The notes under the pieces: generated by a model
Seen by the model: the letters and a program-made list of their open reading frames with translations, nothing else
The model's database searches: none
What the model was told of the DNA's origin: nothing
Shown: positions 33,438 through 43,123 of the stretch, one piece after another
Position numbering within the stretch: the first letter of the stretch is position 1
Layout of the letters: the number at the start of each line of letters is the position of its first letter
Made by a program: the position numbers and the translations under genes
Source: Nemertoderma westbladi
Lineage: Eukaryota; Animalia; Xenacoelomorpha
DNA length: 46,201 nucleotides
Assembly (NCBI GenBank): GCA_032718475.1
Contig: JAUCBJ010002031.1
Location: forward strand, 1-46,201
Reading direction: 5' to 3'

Positions 33438-36400
33438 CTATCTGGCGAGTCTCCAGAAACTGACGGGTCTGAGGGAGCAGTCGAGTCTCCAGAGGCTGTC
33501 GGGTCTGAGGGGGCGGTCGAGTCTCCAGAAACTGTCGGGTCTGAGGGAGCGGTCGAGTCTCCAGAGACTGTCGGGTCTCAGGGGGCGATCGAGTCTCCAG
33601 AGACTATCGGGTCTGAGGGGGCGGTCGAGTCTCCAGAAACTGTCGGGTCTGAGGGAGCGGTCGAGTCTCCAGAGACTGTCGGGTCTCAGGGGGCGGTCGA
33701 GTCTCCAGAGACTGTCGGGTCTGAGGGGGCGGTCGAGTCCCCAGAAACTGTTGGGTCTGAGGGAGCGGTCGAGTATCCAGAGACTGTTGTGTCTCAGGGG
33801 GTGGTCGAGTCTCCAGAGACTGTCGGATCTGAGGGAGCGGTCGAGTCTCCAGAGACTGTCGGGTCTCAGGGGGCGGTCGAGTCTCCAGAGACTGTCGGGT
33901 CTGAGGGGGCGGTCGAGTCCCCAGAAACTGTTGGGTCTGTGGGAGCGGTCGAGTATCCAGAGGCTGTCGTGTCTCAGGGGGTGGTCGAGTCTCCAGAGAC
34001 TGTCGGATCTGAGGGAGCGGTCGAGTCTCCAGAGACTGTCGGGTCTCAGGGGGCGGTCAAGCCTCCAGACCCTATCGGGTCTGAGTGTGCGATCGAGTAT
34101 CCAGAGACTGTCGGGTCTCAGGTGGCGGTCGAGTCTCCAGAGACTCTGCATACTGCATCCCATACCTCACCAGATGTGCCAATTATATCTCATGTCACTG
34201 CGAACTTATTGCTATATAATGCACGTAGTCTCCTCAATCTACACAGACGTAAAAGTTTAGCAAATTTAATTTTATTACATAATTATTGTATATTGTGTAT
34301 AACTGAAACGTGGTTAACGACTGATATCCTAGATAGTGAATTGTTTTTCTCAGGTTATAATTTAGTACGTACCGAGCGCGAAGTGAGTGAGAATGGGGTG
34401 TCTTCTCATGGTGGTGTCCTTATTGCAATAAAATCTGGGATTAACTACACCACGGAAGAGATCCCGGGTGCTTCTAAAACTCTTGCATCATCTGTTGCGA
34501 TTTGTAAGTGCAATTTTAATGCTTGGCGTTGTTTAATTTTGTGCATATACAACCCCCCTGAAAAGAGCCCATATCGCTTACCCGTTACAGACTTCTTCAC
34601 ACTATTTGAATACATACAATCGTGGAGAAGTCGTGTTGACGAAATTATTTTATGTGGAGATACTAATCTGCCACTAATAAATTGGGAATCACATTTTTCA
34701 GCTGACGATTATGAAAAGTCAATCTTATCTTTTATTGATAAATACAACCTTAAACAGCACGTAACATTCCCTACTCGCGGTACTAATACCCTTGATGTTT
34801 TTATCACACTTACTGATACTACAGTTCTCAATACGGAAGTTGACAATAATCTTACCAGACAGTTGAATGCATATCAAATCAAATCGGATCATGACCCTGT
34901 CGTCTGCTTATTAGACCTACGATCTGTGAAGAGCACACAAACACAGCGCGAATATGATTCACATACGATGGTATATTACAGTTTTTGCAAAATCGACGTA
35001 CTGAAAGCAACTCAAGTTTGCGCCGCACATCCATTTGTGTTAGAATATCCTATAGTAGATAATGTGGTGGATTATGACTTGATTATTGAAAAGTGGTACA
35101 AATGGATATATAAAGTAATTGACAGTTGTGTACCAAAACGGACCATCCACAGGGCATCTCAACCACCATGGATTTCACAAAAAACATCCCACAAATTAAA
35201 ACAGCTACATACAGTACAACGGAAAATCTCTAAATATAAATCACCTGCACTTACATTACAGATGAAATTTGATCAACTCCAAAAAGACATTGAAAGTGAC
35301 ATTATAGAAGATCAAGCGCAGTATGAGACACGCCTTTCAAACTCGAGATCGATGAAACACTTATTTAAATACTTTAAAAGTCTCCGCAGATCATCACAAC
35401 TACCACCAGTTTTGCATTACAGAAATCACATTGCCTCCACGGACATTGAACAAGCTGAGCTTTTTAATGCATTTTTCCAATCTGTCTTTAAAACACCTCG
35501 ACTACCTACTAGCAAGGTCTCCCCTCCAATTGATATTGTTGATCCCCCTAACTTCACAACGTCCAGCAACTATGATGTATCGGTAGAGACCGTGGAGAAT
35601 ATTCTGTCCGCTCTTGATGTTACTAAATCCCGAGGACCAGATAATATTTCGCCTGGGTTTCTTAAATCGTTAGCGAAAGTCCTTGCACCTTCTTTGTCTA
35701 CAATATTTAAAATACTGAAAAAAGTCAACTATTTTCCGATTTTGTGGAAACATGCGTTAGTAAATCCCCAACATAAAAATGGGAGTAAAATTAAAATAAT
35801 TTTATACCGTCCGATTTCACTTCTCGCAATCCCAGGGAAAGTATTCGAACGGTGTATATTCATTGCGGTATATGAACAGGTGAGGGAGCGACTACACAAC
35901 GCCCAGCATGGCTTTAGAAAATGTAGATCAACAATTACACAACTTCTTATTTTTTTGGATAATGTATATAAAGGTATGGATGATGGACAGTTGGCGGTGG
36001 AGACAGTTTACTTGGATTTTCAAAAAGCATTTGACTCAGTTAGCCACGAATCCCTACTTAAAAAGTTGTGGAGAATAGGAGTACGAGGAAATCTCTGGTA
36101 TATTATTCGTAGTTATTTATCTGGAAGAACTCAATCTGTAAGGGTTGGCAAGGCGACATCCACCGCTAGAGACGTAGCTAGTGGCATGGCTCAGGGATCT
36201 CTCCTGGGCCCCCTGCTTTTCCTCATCGAGGACAATGACCTCCCAGAAGTCTGTGGTGTCAGCATTCCTTATCTTCTCGCAGATGACTGTAAATTAATGT
36301 CAATATCACCGATAAACGATACGATAAACACCCAACTCGATATTGATCAACTTGTTACTTGGGGTCTGGAAGCCGGATTAGAATTTAATGAGTCGAAGTG

Positions 36401-37187
36401 TAAGCAGATAGTATTTCGTGGGGATATTGAAGGGCGCAGTATAAACTCAAAATTAATATCGCGCGTTGATAAAGAAAAAGATTTGGGAATAACAATTACG
36501 TCTAATTTGTCCTGGACGGCGCATATCAAGGAGAAATGTAAAAAGGGAAATAATGCATTTCAATTAATCCGAAGAAATTGTGCAGCAACACTTCCTATTC
36601 TGGCAAAGTTGAATTTGTATAAATCCATGGTGTTACCCATAATTCTATATGGGTCGGCCTGCTGGTATCCAAACAAAACTGATTCCCATCTGGTAGAAAG
36701 CATCCAACGCAGAAGTACAATTTGGATATTAGGCAGTGATGAGTATACATACAAAGAAAGACTATTAAAACTAAATATACTCCCAATATCTTTATACCTC
36801 CAATTATGTGACCTTCTAACACTATCAAAAATAATAAATAATAAATATGACATCGACTGGACGCAGCACGCCAAAGTAAAGACGCACAATCGGGACAGGA
36901 ATACTCGTAGTACAGATCACCTTACATTCGATATATCGCAACCACGGAAATGCATTTCGAAGCAAAATTTTTGGTTCCGTGCGCCGCTTCTAGCTAATCA
37001 GTTACCATCGCGAACTGAATTTTTTAACCATGTTGGTCTAAAGGCTCGACTCCTAGACCTATTCTGGCGACACTTCCATAAACGATATGACGTAGATAGC
37101 AACTGTACATGGAGATTAAACTGCGATTGTGTCCAAATGAATTGTAATTTGTGTCTCCCGAATCTTGATGACCTACTCAACCCATAA
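33438..37187 (+). CDS. LINE ORF2: acidic repeat linker + AP endonuclease + reverse transcriptase
   Basis: YNARSL, ITETWL, GDTN, SDH; GPDNI, YRPISLL, QHGFR, LDFQKAFDSV, QGSLLGP, LADD. Open from 33438 with no AUG before the endonuclease. Confidence 0.92.
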   Translation, partial: LSGESPETDGSEGAVESPEAVGSEGAVESPETVGSEGAVESPETVGSQGAIESPETIGSEGAVESPETVGSEGAVESPETVGSQGAVESPETVGSEGAVESPETVGSEGAVEYPETVVSQGVVESPETVGSEGAVESPETVGSQGAVESPETVGSEGAVESPETVGSVGAVEYPEAVVSQGVVESPETVGSEGAVESPETVGSQGAVKPPDPIGSECAIEYPETVGSQVAVESPETLHTASHTSPDVPIISHVTANLLLYNARSLLNLHRRKSLANLILLHNYCILCITETWLTTDILDSELFFSGYNLVRTEREVSENGVSSHGGVLIAIKSGINYTTEEIPGASKTLASSVAICKCNFNAWRCLILCIYNPPEKSPYRLPVTDFFTLFEYIQSWRSRVDEIILCGDTNLPLINWESHFSADDYEKSILSFIDKYNLKQHVTFPTRGTNTLDVFITLTDTTVLNTEVDNNLTRQLNAYQIKSDHDPVVCLLDLRSVKSTQTQREYDSHTMVYYSFCKIDVLKATQVCAAHPFVLEYPIVDNVVDYDLIIEKWYKWIYKVIDSCVPKRTIHRASQPPWISQKTSHKLKQLHTVQRKISKYKSPALTLQMKFDQLQKDIESDIIEDQAQYETRLSNSRSMKHLFKYFKSLRRSSQLPPVLHYRNHIASTDIEQAELFNAFFQSVFKTPRLPTSKVSPPIDIVDPPNFTTSSNYDVSVETVENILSALDVTKSRGPDNISPGFLKSLAKVLAPSLSTIFKILKKVNYFPILWKHALVNPQHKNGSKIKIILYRPISLLAIPGKVFERCIFIAVYEQVRERLHNAQHGFRKCRSTITQLLIFLDNVYKGMDDGQLAVETVYLDFQKAFDSVSHESLLKKLWRIGVRGNLWYIIRSYLSGRTQSVRVGKATSTARDVASGMAQGSLLGPLLFLIEDNDLPEVCGVSIPYLLADDCKLMSISPINDTINTQLDIDQLVTWGLEAGLEFNESKCKQIVFRGDIEGRSINSKLISRVDKEKDLGITITSNLSWTAHIKEKCKKGNNAFQLIRRNCAATLPILAKLNLYKSMVLPIILYGSACWYPNKTDSHLVESIQRRSTIWILGSDEYTYKERLLKLNILPISLYLQLCDLLTLSKIINNKYDIDWTQHAKVKTHNRDRNTRSTDHLTFDISQPRKCISKQNFWFRAPLLANQLPSRTEFFNHVGLKARLLDLFWRHFHKRYDVDSNCTWRLNCDCVQMNCNLCLPNLDDLLNP
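33445..34146 (+). repeat. 36-bp coding tandem repeat, ~19-20 copies (VESPETVGSEGA)
   Basis: gtcgagtctccagagactgtcgggtctgagggggcg units. Confidence 0.95.
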
Positions 37188-37934
37188 TCATTAATCATAA
37201 TCAAACGCCTTACTTAGACCTAAGTGTTGTTATTTTGATGTAAATCATTAACCATTTTAAGTAAATACTGTACATATATAATTTTAATGCAATCGTTTTA
37301 TTTAAAAACCAAACCATTTTATATTTTACTGCACTATGAAAATTTTATTGAATTTTTAGTCTTTTAGTAAATATTGTTATATTTTTCATAATATATTTTC
37401 AATTTCATATAAATGCGTGTGACCTCATAATTTTATAGTATTGTACTTTGTTATTTTATGAAATTTTACAGAATTTTGAGTCTTTTAGTAAATACTTTAC
37501 ACTATATAATTTTAATCCAATCATTTTACTTAGAAACTGTTTGTTATTCTTATGAATTTTACTGTATAGCTAAACCATTTTAAATACAAGCACGTTGTCA
37601 CAATTTTATAGTACTTAGTTCTGTTATTTTTATGAAATTTTATTGAATTGACCTACTGTACGTGTAATTTTACTTAATTTTATTGCATAGCCAATACACT
37701 TTACTGTATGATTTATACAATGAGATACTGCTTGACATTTTATTTGTTTAACATCTTAATGTACATAAATAATCGATCCTAGACATGTGTTATATTGTAC
37801 AATATAAACTCTCTTTCTCTTTCTAATTTCAATACCGTAAGATATTTTAGATATATTTGTGCGTTGTAATCTCACTAGGGGGCGACCCCGTCACGTTATC
37901 GTGTAAATCCATTTTAATAATAATAATAATAATA

Positions 37935-38150
37935 ATGTCCCCCTCCAACGTCACCACTCCCACTCCCCTCTGTATGTCCCCCTCCAACGTCACCACTCCC
38001 ACTCTCCTCAATATGTCCCCCTCCAACGTCACCACTCCCACTCTCCTCAATATGTCCCCCTCCAACGTCACCACACCCACTCCCCTCTGTATGTCCCCCT
38101 CCAACGTAACCACTTCCACTCCCCTCTGTATGTCCCCCTCCAACGTCACC
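37935..38150. repeat. 39-bp C-rich minisatellite, right part
   Basis: About 5.5 units of the same motif as 31882-32034. Confidence 0.9.
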
Positions 38151-38993
38151 ATTTACCAGAAGCATTGGAATCATTAGGGGGTATAGCCTTCCTCCGTAAA
38201 GGATATTGTTTGCGTGTGGTAGACATTGTTTACTTACACGAATATCAGTGCTATGCTTTATATAAAATAAACAAACTGGCTTGCTACCAAGAGTCAAGAA
38301 AGTGTTTAAAAAAACTGTTGTTCTGATTCTTTGATCGATGAATTGCTTATAGATGACAAAACGTTATGGTACAGTAACACTGGTAAACTCTTGTTACCTA
38401 AGCTCTCATGGTTGTTTACCTAAACTGAAACTTTACAATATGTTATCATAACGCTTTGTGTAGTTTGTTAATGCCTGAATTGTTGATTTATGAATTAACT
38501 ACCGGTAAACGGTAGCTGGCCGCGACAATTGCAAATGAATTGTTCAGACTAAATGACCGGTTAACTGTGTTTTGAAATATATCTAGAACATTTATTGAAC
38601 ATTGAATTTGTAATCAAAACCGTCTATCTGAGAAAGATTTGTTCTAGAGGTGGTCCAAAACCGTCTATCTCCAGATAGATGGTTTTGATCAATTAAACGA
38701 ATTTCCGAAACAGAGATACACTGTTTTGATAAATTAATAATCATGGAGATCTTGCATCCTATTGGTCAGTTAATTTTTTTCGGTTAATTTTTCTCAGATA
38801 AATGGTTTTGATTAAAAATTGCTTCAAAAAATATCGAGATACACGGTTTTGGTCGCAAACTATTTTCTTTGCATTTGATTTTCAAGCTTCGGGACCTGGA
38901 TAGAAAGATGCGCCTTGAAATTCTGATTCCAAATATATAAATATGTCATTTTCGTCAAAAATCGAGATACACGGTTTTGGAATATAAGGGCCG

Positions 38994-40250
38994 AGCCACC
39001 CACTCCCTACTGCAGCTCGCGTCACAGACACCTCTATTTTGCATTGTCTTCTCCATTATAGACTCCACAGCAGCATACGAGCTCGGATCGCCTTCAATGG
39101 GTGAATGGACCTGTACATCCGCAAACAGTGGACCAGGGGTGGCTTCAATGGTGCCTCGATCCTCCAACAATGATATGAGTCTTTCATACGTTTTATCATT
39201 GAATATCGTTGACGATGACTTGGGGTGACCCTTCAGGACAGATAATTCCGACAGGACATACAGAGAACGAATCGAACTAAACAATGTTTTGTTTTGGTTC
39301 AAAAATGAGTCTAGTGTGCTATCTAATTTTTGTCCAAGCTCTAAATGTTTCATGTTCACCTGTTGGAATTTATGTTTTGGTGGGTGATTAATCGAGACGA
39401 CGGTTGTGACCTTTGATACAGGTAGATGTTTTTGATTATATACATGGTACGTTTTACCAACAAACTGCATGTTGTCAATTAGTACTGAAATATCTCCATC
39501 CCCAAATGATTGTTGAGTATTTGCTGAATATTTCAGCATCCTAGTTACCGTCATGTAACTGGGGTGAGCTGAATGTGTACTCCGAACATGTGTGGAAAGT
39601 TTGGAGTTGTCTGCTGAGTAACACACTACATTCTCCAAAGTTGCTAGTTTACCATTATATTTGGAGTGTATTGAAGATAATATAAGTTCGTATAATTTGA
39701 CAGCAATAGTTTTAGATCTTTTCGTTTTAGAGGTCGTTGAATCTTTACTGTCCACACCAGTCAGGTCATACAAAAAATCCCGCACTTCACCTTCCGGAAT
39801 CACCTTGTCTGGATCATATTCCAACAAATCATTCAAATCGTAGCGCGATCTGTTCAACTGGGCGGCACAAATTTCCCGCAGCTTGCTTCCTGGTGATTTA
39901 GATCCAGCAGCCGCGGTATTATTACAAATGGTGACCGGAGGGGATTGTGATACAGTAGGTTGATATTTCGATCCAACATCGCTTGTCTTGGGCAGGTTGG
40001 TAATGGGCAACGAAACAGAAGGACCAGATGGAGCAGCTACCTCGTTTACATATACCCTCCATTCTAAGCAGCAGTCAAACTCTGTTCTATAAATTGCGGC
40101 GATATACATACTAGCATACCACCAACAGCCAGGAACACAATGGGAGTTATATGCAGTCAATAGCAAACACTGGCCAGTGCCCAGTCCCAATGACAGTTTG
40201 TTTAAGCTAACTTGATCACGTATTTTCATGTGGTCGCAAATATCTTTCAA
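38994..40250 (-). pseudogene. DDE-transposase-like gene, 5' half of the split exon
   Basis: Open ~419 codons from a probable acceptor TTTAG|TTG at 40250; contains SVLIDNMQ (candidate first D) and ends REWVA at the Sola TSD. Confidence 0.7.
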
Positions 40251-40915
40251 CTAAACTTGATAAAGTCTTATTTATGTAGGGATGCCATATACAATAACTT
40301 AAATAAATATAATAAATCCAGTATAGAAGTGAGAAAAGGTATATTATTTCTTAAACAAATTAATTATTAGTGATATACCGGCAATACAAACAAGATCGTT
40401 ATTATTTCTATATTACAAATCGTGATGAAATTTATTGTATGCAATAATGAATAGTATTTCTGTGTTTTTAATTAATTTTTTATTTTATTTATTTATTTGA
40501 TTCGCTTTTAATGTCACAGTTTTTATAGATTAATTTTAAAGTGTGAACTAATAATGTAATTTTAATCGAGTTCAGGATATTAAATGAAAGTAAATACGCT
40601 TCTTGTTTACTAATAATGTAAATTAATACATTTTTTGTTTATAACCGCGCCCTTGACATGAATTATGGTTTATTATGAAAACATGTAAAACATTATACAT
40701 TATAAAGGCACAGGTGGAAGGAAGACTAGAGTAGCAGCAGTGCACATAACATAGTTAGCTAGCAGTTAGCAGAACCAGCAACAGTGGCGTGGTGGGAACA
40801 AGTGAGGGGCCCGGGAAATCCCAAAATAAGGGCCCATTTATAAATGCCAGACCACCTATAATTTTGACCACCCCCCCCCCCCCCCATCATCATGTATAAA
40901 ATATTTCTTGAATAA

Positions 40916-43090
40916 TGATTATATGCAGCTATTATATGCAGCTTAGTAAACGTCACCTGTTACAATATTATATGCAGCTTAGTAAACGTCACCTGTTACA
41001 AGATTATATGCAGCTTAGTAAACAATACATGTTACAAGATTATATGCAGCTTAGTAAACAATACGAGTTACAAGATTATATGCAGCTTAGTAAACAATAC
41101 GAGTTACAGGATTATATGCAGCTTAGTAAACAATACGTGTTACAAGATTATATGCACCTTAGTAAACAATACGTGTTGCAAGATTATATGCAGCTTAATA
41201 AACAACACGTGTTACAAGATTATATGCAGCTAGGTAAACGTCACGTGTTAAAGACTATATGCAGCTTAGTAAACAATAGAGTGTTACAAGATCATATGCA
41301 CCTTAGTAAACAACACGTGTTACAAGATTATATGCAGCTTAATAAACAACACGTGTTACAAGATTATATGCAGCTAGGTAAACGTCACGTGTTAAAGACT
41401 ATATGCAGCTTAGTAAACAATAGAGTGTTACAAGATCATATGCACCTTAGTAAACAACACGTGTTACAAGATTATATGCAGCTTAGTAAACAACACGTGT
41501 TACAATATTATATGCAGCTAGGTAAACGTCATGTGTTAAAGATTATATGCAGCTTAGTAAACAATAGAGTGTTACAAGATTATATGCACCTTAGTAAACA
41601 ACACGTGTTACAAGATTATATGCAGCTTAGTAAACAACACGTGTTACAATATTATATGCAGCTTAGTAAACAATACGTGTTACAATATTATATGCAGCTA
41701 GGTAAACGTCATGTGTTAAAGATTATATGCAGCTTAGTAAACAATAGAGTGTTACAAGATTATATGCACCTTAGTAAACAACACGTGTTACAAGATTATA
41801 TGCAGCTTAGTAAACAACACGTGTTACAATATTATATGCAGCTAGGTAAACGTCATGTGTTAAAGATTATATGCAGCTTAGTAAACAATAGAGTGTTACA
41901 AGATTATATGCACCTTAGTAAACAACACGTGTTACAAGATTATATGCAGCTTAGTAAACAACACGTGTTACAATATTATATGCAGCTAGGTAAATGTCAT
42001 GTGTTAAAGATTATATGCAGCTTAGTAAACAATAGAGTGTTACAAGATTATATGCACCTTAGTAAACAACACGTGTTACAAGATTATATGCAGCTTAGTA
42101 AACAACACGTGTTACAATATTATATGCAGCTTAGTAAACAACACGTGTTACAATATTATATGCAGCTTAGTAAACAACACGTGTTACAATATTATATGCA
42201 GCTAGGTAAACGTCATGTGTTAAAGATTATATGCAGCTTAGTAAACAATAGAGTGTTACAAGATTATATGCACCTTAGTAAACAACACGTGTTACAAGAT
42301 TATATGCAGCTTAGTAAACAACACGTGTTACAATATTATATGCAGCTAGGTAAACGTCATGTGTTAAAGATTATATGCAGCTTAGTAAACAATAGAGTGT
42401 TACAAGATTATATGCACCTTAGTAAACAACACGTGTTACAAGATTATATGCAGCTTAGTAAACAACACGTGTTACAAGATTATATGCAGCTTAGTAAACA
42501 ACACGTGTTACAATATTATATGCAGCTTAGTAAACAACACGTGTTACAATATTATATGCAGCTAGGTAAACGTCATGTGTTAAAGATTATATGCAGCTTA
42601 GTAAACAATAGAGTGTTACAAGATTATATGCACCTTAGTAAACAACACGTGTTACAAGATTATATGCAGCTTAGTAAACAACACGTGTTACAATATTATA
42701 TGCAGCTTAGTAAACAACACGTGTTACAAGATTATATGCAGCTTAGTAAACAACACGTGTTACAATATTATATGCAGCTTAGTAAACAATACGAGTTACA
42801 AGATTATATGCAGCTTAGTAAACAATACGTGTTACAAGATTATATGCACCTTAGTAAACAACACGTGTTACAAGATTATATTCAGCTAGGTAAACGTCTC
42901 ATGTTAAAGATTATATGCAGCTTAGTAAACAATACGTGTTACAAGATTATATGCACCTTAGTAAACAACACGTGTTACAAGATTATATTCAGCTAGGTAA
43001 ACGTCTCATGTTAAAGATTATATGCAGCTTAGTAAAAAGCCACGTGTTACAAGAGTATATGCAGCTTTGTAAACGTCGTGTTACAATATT
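40916..43090. repeat. 36-bp satellite, ~60 units, with higher-order structure
   Basis: gattatatgcagcttagtaaacaacacgtgttacaa, with recurring adjacent 35-bp and 37-bp variants. Confidence 0.95.
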
Positions 43091-43123
43091 ATTTACACTT
43101 TTTAACGCGGAGTTTCGATTTAG

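Larger units (their letters stand above)
32035..37936 (+). mobile_element. Full-length non-LTR retrotransposon (CR1/L2-like LINE)
   Basis: 5' UTR, ORF1, APE-RT ORF2, AT-rich 3' UTR, GGGGCGACCCC hairpin and (TAA)n tail at ~37915-37936. Interrupts one minisatellite unit; no clear TSD. Confidence 0.9.
13593..38993 (-). mobile_element. Sola-type DNA transposon (defective), host of the BEL and LINE insertions
   Basis: ~38-bp TIRs CGGCCCTTATATTCCAAAACCGTGTATCTCRATTTTTG at 13593 and 38993; 4-bp TSD AGCC (13589-13592, 38994-38997); subterminal AAAACCGT-TATCT motifs at both ends. Confidence 0.85.

Noticed and set aside
33438-34260. Antisense 241-aa and alternate-frame 169-aa ORFs; CRISPR-like 36-bp repeat
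   Set aside because: By-products of the tandem repeat; no spacers.
37847-38297. ORFs over the 39-bp minisatellite
   Set aside because: Low-complexity translations of a stop-free repeat.
40916-43090. CRISPR array, or a real 693-aa protein (40915-42996)
   Set aside because: The units are head-to-tail with no unique spacers, no cas genes are present and the context is eukaryotic. The ORF follows from a stop-free 36-bp unit.
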